From an uncultured Flavobacteriaceae bacterium (GTDB taxonomy: Bacteria; Bacteroidota; Bacteroidia; Flavobacteriales; Flavobacteriaceae): a stretch of 45,504 bases of DNA. The translations under genes were made by a program, and so were the position numbers. Each line of letters opens with the position of its first letter. Positions within the stretch are counted from its first letter, which is position 1. Below are positions 26,063 through 35,836 of this stretch, one piece after another. The stretch is from NCBI GenBank assembly GCA_964528935.1, contig CAZGUB010000001.1, forward strand, positions 1-45,504, read 5' to 3'. A model generated the notes under the pieces. The model ran no database searches and was not told where the DNA came from. It saw nothing but the letters and a program-made list of their open reading frames with translations.

Positions 26063-27094
26063 TTATTGTTTAAATTTTAACCGGGGCGAACGTCCCTTTC
26101 TGAATATTTTGTTGCTGTTGTGGTGGCCTTTTCGAAATTTCTTTTGGATTTCCAAGGGGAGGTTTACCACGGTCTGGCAGTCGGTGGAGCAGCAGCTTTG
26201 CCTCTTTTGACTGCAATCTTCGCACTGGATAAAGAGGAGATGGCAGGCCTCGTTGGCGCAGTTGACGTGGGTGTCGCAAGGGGTGCCACACTGGTGGCAT
26301 TGAGCAATTACATGCGCACTGATCCGTTCGGCTCGACGCTGGTCGAAGACGAAATTTTTGCCGATAAAATGGTTTTCCAGCCCTTTTTCATTGACCTGAC
26401 GGGCGTATTCGATGATGCCACCCTCGAGTTGGTAGACTTTTTTAAAGCCTTTGTGTTTGAAGTAAGCACTAGCTTTTTCGCAGCGGATACCTCCAGTACA
26501 GTACATGAGGAGGTTTTTGTCTTCCTTGTGGGAAGCCAGTTGCTGTTCGATTAGGGGGAGGGAGGCTCGGAAGGTATCTACATCGGGGGTGATGGCTCCT
26601 TTGAAGTGGCCGATTTCGCTTTCGTAATGGTTGCGCATGTCCAAACAGATGGTTTGTGGGTCGCCCAGCAAGGCGTTGAATTTTTGAGCGTTGAGGTGGG
26701 TGCCGATCTGGGTTACATCGAAGGTGGCGTCGTCCAAGCCATCGGCCACAATTTTGTCGCGCACCTTGATGGTGAGTTTCAGAAAAGAGGCGTTGTCATG
26801 TTCTACGGCAATATTGAGGCGAACGCCATTAAGGAAGTCGATGCCGTCCAAGAATTTTTTAAAATCGTTGAAGCGGCGGGCGGGCACCGACAGCTGGGCG
26901 TTGATACCCTCTTGGGCCACGTAAATACGACCCAGTACCTCCATGTCGTTCCAGTGTAGGAATAGGTAGTCTCTAAAAAAGGGCGGATTTTGGATGCGGT
27001 GGTACTGATAAAACGAAAGCGTAAGTCGTTCGGTGCCGGCTGCGGCAATCAGCTGGCGTCGTTCTTCAGCGCTCAGTTTGTTGTACAGTTGCAT
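26063..27094 (-). CDS. trhO: Rhodanese-domain tRNA U34 hydroxylase (UPF0176/YceA family)
   Basis: Rhodanese active-site loop YCTGGIRCEKA, with a Cys-rich C-terminal extension CHQCGTPCDTHVNCANEACHLLFIQCEDC. Confidence 0.85.
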   Translation of the reverse strand: MQLYNKLSAEERRQLIAAAGTERLTLSFYQYHRIQNPPFFRDYLFLHWNDMEVLGRIYVAQEGINAQLSVPARRFNDFKKFLDGIDFLNGVRLNIAVEHDNASFLKLTIKVRDKIVADGLDDATFDVTQIGTHLNAQKFNALLGDPQTICLDMRNHYESEIGHFKGAITPDVDTFRASLPLIEQQLASHKEDKNLLMYCTGGIRCEKASAYFKHKGFKKVYQLEGGIIEYARQVNEKGLENHFIGKNFVFDQRRAERISAHVIAQCHQCGTPCDTHVNCANEACHLLFIQCEDCSQKRQSCCSTDCQTVVNLPLEIQKKFRKGHHNSNKIFRKGRSPRLKFKQ

Positions 27095-27221
27095 GCTATA
27101 AACATTTTGGTGTTGAAATACAAAGGTAAAAAATTGGCCCTGTTTTTTTTGTTTTTTAAAGGGGGTTCTGCTTCAAACTCCAAAAAATGTGTACTTTAAT
27201 TTTCCCTTAGAGATTACTACC

Positions 27222-27572
27222 ATGAAATTACGATGCATTTTACTACTGTTTTGTGTTTAATTTTCTTTTGCACAGATTTACAACAACCACGCCCAACTGA
27301 TGGCCCAAGGGGTTTCCGGTCAGTGGAAGGAGGGTGCGGTGGTTTTGAACGACGGCCGGACCTTGGAAGGACAAGCCCAAGGCCAAACCTACAAAGGAAA
27401 CGATGTTCAGTCGTTACTCTACCGAAAAGAAAAAGGCACCCATGCGGTGACTAACAAGGCCGACGATTACCCTCAGGTGATCTACGACGGCCTGAATGTG
27501 GTGGCCTGCAGCGTCCCCGCCGGCGGCACTCGAGGCCTTGGGATCTTGGTACACCGACAGCTTTTTGCCTAA
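27222..27572 (+). pseudogene. Small secreted hypothetical protein interrupted by an in-frame TAA within its signal peptide
   Basis: ATG 27222 gives MKLRCILLLFCV, then TAA (27258-27260), then FSFAQIYNNHAQL, running in the same frame into track ORF 27300..27572 (MAQGVSGQWKEGAVVLNDGRTLEGQ...). Confidence 0.5.
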
Positions 27573-27731
27573 GTAGAGGGCGATGTATAAGCGTTTTTTA
27601 CCGTTGGGTTTTTTTGAGGTTTTTAGGCACGGCCTGATCTTCTGTAGGAATTATTCCCTAGGTTGGTCAAGGGTCAAATTAATCTACCCAATATGTCTCG
27701 TTTTTTTATACTTTTAAAATTTCCTGATGAG

Positions 27732-29150
27732 ATGATTTCAATTAAAAAAGTAGTTGTATTGCTCCCCCTCAGTGGGTTGTTTATTTTTAATGCTTGCAGG
27801 ACCGAAAAAGTGGCGGCGTCCCAACCTAATGTGTTGTTTATTGCCGTAGACGATTTGAGACCAGAGCTGAATTGCTACGGTGCGAGTCAGATCAACTCCC
27901 CCCATCTGGATCAACTTTCGGCCCAAGGCGTTCAATTCAACCGGGCTTATTGCAACTACGCCTCTTGCGGAGCCTCCCGAGCCAGTTTATTGACCGGCCT
28001 CAGGCCCGCCCGAAATCGTTTTACCTCATTCGACACCCGAAAAGAGGTGGATGCGCCTCAGGCCATTTCTCTCCCCAAAATATTTAAAGAAAATGGATAT
28101 CACACCATTTCCAACGGTAAGGTTTTTCATCACCGCACAGACGATAAAGCAGCCTGGGACGAAGTCTGGTATCCAGAAGCTACCGCCCAAGACTACGCAT
28201 TGGAAAAAAATATACTTTTGGCACAAAGGGAAGGCAAAAGGGGGCAGGCCTACGAAAATGCAGATGTACCCGATTCTACCTACAAAGACGGAAAAATTGC
28301 CGACAAAGGAATTCGCGATCTTAAGCAATTAAAAAAGAGTGGAGCCCCCTTTTTTCTTGCCTTGGGTTTTGTAAAGCCTCATTTGCCCTTTAATGCCCCA
28401 AAAAAATATTGGGATCTCTACGACGTAAATAAGGTACAATTGCCCGAAAATTTCATTCAGCCCGAGGGCACTCCCAATAAGGCTTTTCACACTTCCGGGG
28501 AACTCAGAAAGTATGAGGGTATCCCCCAAAAAGGGCATTTTTCGGAAGAAATGAGTATAAAATTGATACAAGCTTACTACGCCAGCGTGAGTTATGTCGA
28601 TGCCCAGATCGGTCGGGTACTCACCGCTTTGAATGAAATGGAAATTAGTCAAAATACCATTGTCGTACTTTGGGGCGATCACGGTTACAACCTGGGCGAC
28701 CACAAAATGTTTTGTAAACATTCTACTTTTGAATCCTCCCTCCAGGTTCCCCTGATTATTCGAGCGCCTCAGATCCAAGCTGGACAAAAATTAGACCATG
28801 TCGTAGAACTCATTGACCTTTACCCCACCCTTTGCGAGTTGGCAGGAATTCAGCCTCCAGAGGAGATAGAAGGGGAAAGTATGGTTGCTTTGTTGCAAGG
28901 AAAAAAACGCAAAAAAGATTATGCTATAGCAAAATTTGGTGATGCTGTCGCCATTATTAGAGATCAGTTTTTTTACACCGAATGGACCGACGATCGAGGT
29001 AATGCCTACGAACGCATGTTGTTTGACCACGCTCAAGATCCATTGGAGCTCCATAACTTATCCGAAAAAAGAGAATATCAACCAGTCGTGGAAGGATTGT
29101 CCTCAGCACTTCACCAAAACTGGGGTAAAGATTTTATCGCTCGTGATTGA
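27732..29150 (+). CDS. Sulfatase (iduronate-2-sulfatase-like, formylglycine-dependent), probable lipoprotein
   Basis: Start corrected to the ATG at 27732: [22 protein letters not shown] (lipobox). [18 protein letters not shown]...[15 protein letters not shown] carries a C-x-A-x-R formylglycine motif. [10 protein letters not shown] is also present. Confidence 0.9.
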   Translation: MISIKKVVVLLPLSGLFIFNACRTEKVAASQPNVLFIAVDDLRPELNCYGASQINSPHLDQLSAQGVQFNRAYCNYASCGASRASLLTGLRPARNRFTSFDTRKEVDAPQAISLPKIFKENGYHTISNGKVFHHRTDDKAAWDEVWYPEATAQDYALEKNILLAQREGKRGQAYENADVPDSTYKDGKIADKGIRDLKQLKKSGAPFFLALGFVKPHLPFNAPKKYWDLYDVNKVQLPENFIQPEGTPNKAFHTSGELRKYEGIPQKGHFSEEMSIKLIQAYYASVSYVDAQIGRVLTALNEMEISQNTIVVLWGDHGYNLGDHKMFCKHSTFESSLQVPLIIRAPQIQAGQKLDHVVELIDLYPTLCELAGIQPPEEIEGESMVALLQGKKRKKDYAIAKFGDAVAIIRDQFFYTEWTDDRGNAYERMLFDHAQDPLELHNLSEKREYQPVVEGLSSALHQNWGKDFIARD

Positions 29151-29239
29151 CTCATTCCCCAGCAATTGTTAATAATCCTTTGGCCGGACTATTGCCCCCC
29201 AGCACTAGAAATAGTAATTTCGCTAAAAAAGAGTATATT

Positions 29240-30244
29240 ATGGCAGACGCAAATGAAGCAAAAAAGAAAGCCCTCCAGCTTACCCTTGACAAGCTAGATA
29301 AAACCTACGGCAAAGGAGCCGTCATGAAATTGGGCGATGAAGCTTTAGAAGAAGTAGAAGCCATCTCTTCGGGATCCATCGGTCTGGACCTGGCCCTGGG
29401 GGTGGGCGGTTACCCCCGTGGTAGGGTGATCGAAATCTACGGCCCTGAGTCCTCGGGAAAAACCACCTTGACCCTCCACGCTATCGCCGAATGCCAAAAA
29501 GCAGGAGGCATCGCCGCCTTTATCGATGCAGAGCACGCCTTCGACCGATTCTATGCCGAAAAACTGGGCGTGGATGTGAGCGAACTCATCATTTCACAGC
29601 CCGACCATGGCGAGCAGGCCCTCGAAATCGCCGACAACCTCATTCGTTCCGGTGCCATCGACATCGTGGTGGTGGACTCCGTCGCCGCCCTCACCCCCAA
29701 AAGCGAAATCGAAGGAGAAATGGGCGACTCCAAAATGGGGCTCCACGCCCGACTCATGTCTCAGGCCCTGCGCAAGCTCACCGCTTCGATCAGCAAAACC
29801 AATTGTACCGTATTTTTTATCAACCAATTGCGGGAAAAAATTGGCGTCATGTTTGGCAACCCCGAAACCACTACCGGTGGAAACGCATTGAAATTTTACG
29901 CCTCGGTGCGTCTCGACATCCGACGTTCGACACAGATCAAAGGCGGAGACGCCGAAGTCCTCGGAAACAAAACCAGGGTCAAGGTAGTTAAAAACAAAGT
30001 CGCTCCACCTTTCCGTACCACCGAATTCGATATTCTCTACGGTGAAGGTATCTCCAAAATTGGGGAGATCATCGACCTGGGGGTCAACTATGAGATCATC
30101 AAAAAATCAGGATCTTGGTTTAGCTATGGCGAGACCAAGCTGGGACAAGGTCGCGATGCCGTAAAAGCCCTGCTGGAAGACAACCCCGAGCTGATGGAAG
30201 AACTGGAAACTCAGATCATGGAAACCGTAAAGGCGGTGGAATAA
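29240..30244 (+). CDS. recA: Recombinase RecA
   Basis: Start corrected to the ATG at 29240 ([33 protein letters not shown]). Walker [10 protein letters not shown]. 334 aa. Confidence 0.97.
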   Translation: MADANEAKKKALQLTLDKLDKTYGKGAVMKLGDEALEEVEAISSGSIGLDLALGVGGYPRGRVIEIYGPESSGKTTLTLHAIAECQKAGGIAAFIDAEHAFDRFYAEKLGVDVSELIISQPDHGEQALEIADNLIRSGAIDIVVVDSVAALTPKSEIEGEMGDSKMGLHARLMSQALRKLTASISKTNCTVFFINQLREKIGVMFGNPETTTGGNALKFYASVRLDIRRSTQIKGGDAEVLGNKTRVKVVKNKVAPPFRTTEFDILYGEGISKIGEIIDLGVNYEIIKKSGSWFSYGETKLGQGRDAVKALLEDNPELMEELETQIMETVKAVE

Positions 30245-30268
30245 TCCCCCCGAATCCCCTCATAGGCA

Positions 30269-31240
30269 TTGGATCTCTCCACGTTTAAAGCGAAAATGTC
30301 GGCCTTGGCTTTGGCCCAAAAGCCCTTTTTTTTTCTGATGGACTACGAAATGAAAAAACCGGTGGTCTGCTCCATTGAGGAGGCCCAAAGCCTGGGATTT
30401 CATTTCGAAATCAAAGGAAAGGGCAATTTTCCAGCCCAAAACCGCAAACCCACCCCCCAACCCCTTTCCATCGCTCCCGTTTCCAAAGCTATCTATGGCG
30501 AGGCCTACCACAAAGTAGTCGCAGAAATCAATCAGGGCAATACATTTTTACTCAACCTCACCTTTCCGTCAGTCATACAAACCGATCTGGATCTGGAAGA
30601 TGTCTTCCACTGGGCCAAAGCTCCCTACAAGCTCTACTACAAAGACCGATTTGTGGTCTATTCGCCCGAGTGTTTTGTCAAAATCCAAGACGGAAACATC
30701 TACTCCTACCCCATGAAAGGCACCATAGACGCTCAAGTGCCCAAGGCCAAAAAAAAATTACAAAACGATCCCAAAGAAATCAACGAGCACAACACCATCG
30801 TGGACCTGATCCGCAACGATCTTTCCAAGGTGGCCAAAGAAGTAACGGTCACCCGTTTCCGCTACCTCGAAAAAATCAAAACCCAAAAAAATGAAATCTA
30901 CCACACCAGCTCGGAAATCAGTGGAAAACTCCCCCCCGATTGGAAAGCCCAACTTCCGGAAATCCTACTGGGCATGCTCCCGGCAGGATCCATCTGTGGT
31001 GCCCCCAAAGCAAAAACCTGCTCCATCATAGAAGCGGTAGAACAAGAAGCCCGGGGATATTATACAGGAATTTTTGGCCATTTCGACGGCAACCATCTGG
31101 ACAGTGCCGTCAACATCCGTTACCTCGAAAAAAAAGACGGCCAGCTGCGCTATCGCAGCGGAGGCGGTATTACCTTCCTCAGTGATTTGGAGGCCGAATA
31201 CCACGAACTCATCAAAAAAATCTATGTTCCCGTTGTTTGA
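30269..31240 (+). CDS. pabB: Aminodeoxychorismate synthase component I (short chorismate-binding enzyme)
   Basis: PFFFLMDYEMKKP N-terminus, then PAGSICGAPK...YTGIFG...SGGGITFLSD. The only possible starts are TTG 30269 (a stop lies two codons upstream) or ATG 30296. Confidence 0.8.
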   Translation: MDLSTFKAKMSALALAQKPFFFLMDYEMKKPVVCSIEEAQSLGFHFEIKGKGNFPAQNRKPTPQPLSIAPVSKAIYGEAYHKVVAEINQGNTFLLNLTFPSVIQTDLDLEDVFHWAKAPYKLYYKDRFVVYSPECFVKIQDGNIYSYPMKGTIDAQVPKAKKKLQNDPKEINEHNTIVDLIRNDLSKVAKEVTVTRFRYLEKIKTQKNEIYHTSSEISGKLPPDWKAQLPEILLGMLPAGSICGAPKAKTCSIIEAVEQEARGYYTGIFGHFDGNHLDSAVNIRYLEKKDGQLRYRSGGGITFLSDLEAEYHELIKKIYVPVV

Positions 31241-31820
31241 ATCCCTTTGCGTACAAGATGGCAAGGTCCTGAACGAGCAATGGCACCGCCTGCGTTTTGA
31301 AAAAGCCTATCGGTACTTGTTCGGCCACCCACCCACTTTCGAGCTGTTGGAAGGCATTGCCCTCCCCTCCCAATACCGCCATGGAACCGTAAAATTGAGA
31401 ATCCATTACAACGAAAAAGACCGAAAGCTGCATTTTGAAAACTACAGCCCAAAAAACATCCAAAGTCTGAAAGTGGTGACTGCCACTAGCCTGGACTACA
31501 GCCACAAGTATAGCGATCGAAAAAAATTGAACGCCTTGTTTTCCCAACGGAATCAATGCGACGATGTGCTGATCGTAAGACAGGGATGGCTCACAGACAG
31601 TTCCTATGCCAATGTGGTTTTATTTGATGGAGATAAATGGTGGACGCCCCAACGACCCCTGCTGGAAGGCACTTGCCGAGCACGGCTACTGGCCGCCGGA
31701 GCCATCCAAGAGGCGGCCCTTCAGCTTACAGATCTAAAAAATTTTAAAGGGCTAAAGCTAATCAACGCAATGCGGGGGATGGATCAGCCAATGATCTCCG
31801 TCAACCGACTGGTTTACTAG
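31224..31820 (+). CDS. pabC: Aminodeoxychorismate lyase-like (class IV aminotransferase fold)
   Basis: Start corrected to the ATG at 31224 (MFPLFESLCVQDGKVLNEQWHRLRFEKAY), overlapping the pabB stop by 17 nt. The longer track ORF from 31074 is an out-of-frame extension inside pabB. Confidence 0.7.
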   Translation: MFPLFESLCVQDGKVLNEQWHRLRFEKAYRYLFGHPPTFELLEGIALPSQYRHGTVKLRIHYNEKDRKLHFENYSPKNIQSLKVVTATSLDYSHKYSDRKKLNALFSQRNQCDDVLIVRQGWLTDSSYANVVLFDGDKWWTPQRPLLEGTCRARLLAAGAIQEAALQLTDLKNFKGLKLINAMRGMDQPMISVNRLVY

Positions 31821-32599
31821 GCGATCTTTTTGATTTTTTTCCATAGTTCGATGGCCTCGATGGCCATCTGCTGGGGATCGTTTTGCAATTCGGAATGAAT
31901 GAGGTCGTAAGTATTTTGCTTCAACCTTGGGATATCGGTTTCCGTAAGCCCCTCTGTAGGCATGGGAGGATGAATCGCCACCCGCAGCACCCCCGGATAG
32001 CCGTGGGTGGTATACCATGGAAATTTGCGCTTGCAGTCCAAAAAAACCATCGGACAAATGGGCAGCTGATGATCGATGGCAATCTTAAATGCGCCCTGCT
32101 TAAAGGGATTGAGTAAAATGGTTTGGTCTACATATTCTTTTTCAGGAAAAATACATACGCTGTATCCTTTTTTCAAAACTTTCTCCGCCCGACCATAGAC
32201 CGCAAAACGGCTTTTGGCACTGCCACGGTCGACCATAATGGCAGCCCGCTTGAAGAGGTATCCGAAAACGGGAATCTTGACCAGTTCTTTTTTGCCTAAA
32301 AAAACGAAAGGATAAGGTGCGGCCAAGAGCATCACCATCACATCGATATAACTGGAATGGTTGGCGACCAAAAGGTAATTTTGATTGGGATCCAAACGGG
32401 TTTTATGGATTTTGGAAAGGCGAAATCCCATGCCCCAAAGAACCCAACGGGCCCAAAAGTTACGTGCTATCCAAAAAAAGGGTCGATAGCCGCCCGGAAA
32501 AATCAATATCAGCGATAAAAGCGGAAACAGTAAAACCACCGGCAGAGCCGAAAGCAGATAGAACCAAATCCGCCATAGCACAATCAACAACTTCTTCAC
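31817..32599 (-). CDS. plsC: 1-acyl-sn-glycerol-3-phosphate acyltransferase
   Basis: HX4D motif VANHSSYIDV, IFPEKEY block, N-terminal membrane helices, GTG start. Confidence 0.85.
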   Translation of the reverse strand: MKKLLIVLWRIWFYLLSALPVVLLFPLLSLILIFPGGYRPFFWIARNFWARWVLWGMGFRLSKIHKTRLDPNQNYLLVANHSSYIDVMVMLLAAPYPFVFLGKKELVKIPVFGYLFKRAAIMVDRGSAKSRFAVYGRAEKVLKKGYSVCIFPEKEYVDQTILLNPFKQGAFKIAIDHQLPICPMVFLDCKRKFPWYTTHGYPGVLRVAIHPPMPTEGLTETDIPRLKQNTYDLIHSELQNDPQQMAIEAIELWKKIKKIA

Positions 32600-32701
32600 C
32601 CAGTAAAAATACGTTTTCTGAAAATGCCGAGAAAGGTAATGGGCAAACTTTGTCCAACCGGGGAAAAAAAATATCTTTGCATTGCTTTATCGTCCACCAA
32701 T

Positions 32702-33670
32702 ATGGCTAGAATCCTTACCGGAGTACAATCGACTGGCGTTCCGCATTTGGGAAATTTGTTGGGGGCTGTCCTTCCAGCCATCCAGATGGCAGCCGCAGCA
32801 GATAACACCTCCTTTTTGTTTATTGCCGACCTCCACTCTATCACCCAAATCAAGGATGGGGAGCAGCTGTCCAAAAACACTTTTGCCACAGCAGCCACTT
32901 GGCTGGCCTGTGGGTTGGATATCGAAAAAACGGTTTTTTACCGTCAAAGCGATGTAAGCCAAGTGACTGAATTAGCTTGGTTTCTAAGTTGCTTTTTCCC
33001 CTACCAACGGCTCACGCTTGCGCACTCCTTTAAAGACAAAGCGGAGCAGTTGGCCGATGTCAACACTGGCTTGTTTACCTATCCCATGCTCATGGCGGCA
33101 GATATCTTGATCTATGATGCCGAAGTAGTGCCGGTGGGTAAAGACCAGCTCCAGCACCTGGAGATGACCCGCGATGTGGCCGCACGCTTCAACCACCAGA
33201 TGGGAGAGACTTTTGTCCTCCCCAAAGCCAAAATTCAAGAAAACACCCAATATGTAATTGGTACAGATGGCAACAAAATGTCCAAGTCCAAAAACAACAT
33301 CATCAATATTTTTCAGTCCGATAAGGCCCTACGCAAACAGATCATGGGGATACAGACAGATAGCAAAAGCCTAGAGGAACCCAAAGCTCCTGAAAACTGC
33401 AATGTCTTTAAAATCTTTTCCCTTTTGGGTAGCCCTGCCCAAATCGAAGATTTGAGAAAACAATATCTGGCAGGAGGAATGGGCTACGGCCATGCCAAGC
33501 AAGCATTATATGAGCTAATGGTAGAAAAATTTAAGGTGGAACGTGCCAAATTCAACTACTACAACGAGCATCCGGCCGAGGTAGAAGTGGCACTGGCCAA
33601 GGGTGCACTAAAAGCCAGCAAAATCGCCGATGAAGTATTGCTGCGCGTCCGCAGAAAACTGGGGTACTAA
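32702..33670 (+). CDS. trpS: Tryptophan--tRNA ligase
   Basis: Start corrected to the ATG at 32702 (MARILTGVQSTGVPHLGNLLGA carries the HIGH-type motif). An exact KMSKS motif is present. Confidence 0.95.
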   Translation: MARILTGVQSTGVPHLGNLLGAVLPAIQMAAAADNTSFLFIADLHSITQIKDGEQLSKNTFATAATWLACGLDIEKTVFYRQSDVSQVTELAWFLSCFFPYQRLTLAHSFKDKAEQLADVNTGLFTYPMLMAADILIYDAEVVPVGKDQLQHLEMTRDVAARFNHQMGETFVLPKAKIQENTQYVIGTDGNKMSKSKNNIINIFQSDKALRKQIMGIQTDSKSLEEPKAPENCNVFKIFSLLGSPAQIEDLRKQYLAGGMGYGHAKQALYELMVEKFKVERAKFNYYNEHPAEVEVALAKGALKASKIADEVLLRVRRKLGY

Positions 33671-34769
33671 ACCCATTCAAAAAATTTTCCGGGCAAGGGT
33701 TTTACACAACCTTTCATTTCTAATTGCAAAAGTAGGGCCGCCGTCTGTCCAACCGAACGATCGCTGGCCCGTGCAATATTGTCCAAACTGTCGGCCACAG
33801 GGGATTTGAGATGGTCAAAAATGATTTTTTCTTCTTGGCTAAGTTCTACAAATAGTTGTTTTTGGACAGCTGGTCTGGCGGTTTGAGATCCCCATCCCAT
33901 AGCTTCAATCAGATCTGAAGGGTCGCGCAGCAGTTGGCCTTACTGACTATGGATTAGGGCATTGCAACCTTGGTGCAAGCGGTCGGTCACGGCTCCGGGA
34001 AAGGCAAACAACTCGCGCTGCTACTGATGGGCAAAATGGGCCGTGATCATACTGCCACCCTCCAATAGTGATTGTACCACCACGGTGGTATCGGACAAAC
34101 CGGCAATAAGGGGGTTACGGATAAGAAAGTTTTTGCGGTCAAATTTTTCGGCAGTGGTAAAATCAGAAACAAAAGCCCCCTGCTCCAAGATTTTTTCTAT
34201 ATATTCTTGGTGCTCCGGCGGGTAGGTACGGTCCAAATCATGGGCCATACAGGCGATGGTGGACAGCTGGCTCTTGAGAGCTTGGTCGTGGGCAATGATG
34301 TCTATTCCAAGGGCAAACCGGAGACAATGGTGGGCTGTAGCTCTCGCAGTTCGGAGATCAGCTTGCAACACATATTCTCTCCAGCGGCATCTCCCGAACG
34401 GGTGCCCACAATACTGATCCGTTTGCAGGGGCCAAAAACAGAAATTCCCTTGTAGAGAAAAAACCAAGGGGGCATCGGTACAAAAAGATAGGGTTTTGGG
34501 ATAATCTGGATCTCCCAGATACAGGGTTTGGCCCTGCTGTTCGTGAATTTTTTCTTCTTCGCGGGCTACCGCATTGGTATATTTTTTCCAGGGTTTAAGT
34601 CGCTCAAGCAGGACCATACGAAAGTCTTTTTTGTCTGAAATAACTGTTGGGGTTCTTCAAAAATGGCTTCGACACTGCCGGCGGCTTCCCACAGTTTGCG
34701 CGCATTAATGTTGCCAATTCCGGGCAGAAAGCGCAAATATAGGCAGGCCTGCAAGCGGGTCATGGTCAT
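33667..34769 (-). pseudogene. dprA: DNA-processing protein DprA (Smf), disrupted by three frameshifts and two in-frame stop codons
   Basis: The DprA-like sequence is spread over two frames. MTMTRLQACLYLRFLPGIGNINARKLWEAAGSVEAIF sits in the frame whose codon top coordinate is 2 mod 3. ...YLGDPDYPKTL...APLVFSLQGN sits in the 0-mod-3 frame. KRISIVGTRSGDAAGENMCCKLISELRELQPTIVSGL is back in the 2-mod-3 frame. ALGIDIIAHDQAL...RNPLIAGLSDTTVVVQSLLEGGSMITAHFAHQ is in the 0-mod-3 frame. Then come TAG (34021-34023), QRELFAFPGAVTDRLHQGCNALIHSQ, TAA (33940-33942) and GQLLRDPSDLIEAMGWG... Confidence 0.85.
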
Positions 34770-34852
34770 GGGGGCTAAAAATTTATTCTTATAAATATAC
34801 TAACATAAATATTGATCGTTATTAAAGGGAAGAAATATTGTTATATTTGGGG

Positions 34853-35836
34853 ATGCTGTTGCCTCTGTACATAAAAGAATTGCTCTATCAACACGAATGT
34901 GTGACCATTCCTCATTTTGGTGCTTTTCTGACCCACACCGTCAATGCGTGGATACAACAAGAAAACGGTATCTTTAACCCGCCCAAGAAGGAGGTTAGCT
35001 TTAACAGATTGCTGAGCAGCAATGATGGTGTATTGGCGCATTATATGGCTCAAAAAGAAAAAATTTCCTTCGAAAGTGCCCTGCGAAAAATCGAAAAAGA
35101 AGTGATCGTTTGGAAACAGCGATTGAATACGCAGCCCCTAACTTTTCCGGGGGTAGGAGAAATTCGCCTCAATGCGGAAAAGAAATTTGTTTTTTCGCCC
35201 TACGGAGGGGTCAACTTTGACCTAACTACCTTCGGATTGGGCTCCTTTATAAGAAAACCTCTATATTATAAATCCATTCATGTTGAAAAACCCAAAACCT
35301 CACCTATTATGGAAAATGAAAACAAAGAAAATTTGATGTTTACTCCCCAGAGGAACAAAAACACCAATAAGCCCTCACTACTAATGCGATATGCCGCTAT
35401 CGGTGTGATTGGTATAGCCTTGGTAGGCGTCATCTATTATTTTGGTGATCAATATGTCACATCAGAAAAAGCCAAAGCTACTAAGCTGGCACAGAAAAAA
35501 ATTGAAACTAACGTTCAGGAGGCTACCTTCGATCTCGGCATTATGGCTGCCGTAGAGTTGAATCTAAACGCCCAGCCCGAAGTGGTGGAGAATACGCCAT
35601 TGGCCCAGCCCTACTACAGCGTAATTGCGGGCTCCTATCGCCTTATGGAAAATGCCAACAACAAATTGGCGCAACTAAAAGCAGAAGGTTTCGACGCGGC
35701 ATTTACCGAGGTAAATCCAGAGGGTTTACTCCGTGTGGCCTATGGCCGTTTTACTTCCAAAAGAGAAGCCCTGAACCTGCTCAACTACATCCGTATTACA
35801 CTCAAAGAAGAGGCCTGGTACCTAGAGGAAAAATAA
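34853..35836 (+). CDS. HU-like (CCDC81-type) N-terminal domain plus C-terminal SPOR-domain protein with one TM helix
   Basis: N-terminus LYIKELLYQHECVTIPHFGAFLTHTV...SFNRLLSSNDGVLAHYMAQ. TM helix YAAIGVIGIALVGVIYYF. C-terminal SPOR-like YYSVIAGSYRLMENANNKLAQLKAEGFDAAF...RVAYGRFTSKREALNLLNYIR. Confidence 0.75.
   Translation: MLLPLYIKELLYQHECVTIPHFGAFLTHTVNAWIQQENGIFNPPKKEVSFNRLLSSNDGVLAHYMAQKEKISFESALRKIEKEVIVWKQRLNTQPLTFPGVGEIRLNAEKKFVFSPYGGVNFDLTTFGLGSFIRKPLYYKSIHVEKPKTSPIMENENKENLMFTPQRNKNTNKPSLLMRYAAIGVIGIALVGVIYYFGDQYVTSEKAKATKLAQKKIETNVQEATFDLGIMAAVELNLNAQPEVVENTPLAQPYYSVIAGSYRLMENANNKLAQLKAEGFDAAFTEVNPEGLLRVAYGRFTSKREALNLLNYIRITLKEEAWYLEEK

Noticed and set aside
31074-31223. The long N-terminal extension of the pabC-like ORF (the track start at 31074 overlaps pabB by 167 nt).
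   Set aside because: The extension is an alternative frame of pabB with no similarity to class IV aminotransferases. The ATG at 31224 gives a sensible N-terminus and a short 17-nt overlap.
19433-34023. Possible stop-codon reassignment, prompted by in-frame TAA/TAG at 19433, 27258, 33940 and 34021.
   Set aside because: TAA and TAG terminate well-conserved genes at their expected lengths in both compositional blocks: recA TAA, trpS TAA, queD TAA, PBP1A TAG, gldH TAG, atpE TAA. Standard code 11 applies, and the internal stops are better explained as mutations or coincidence.
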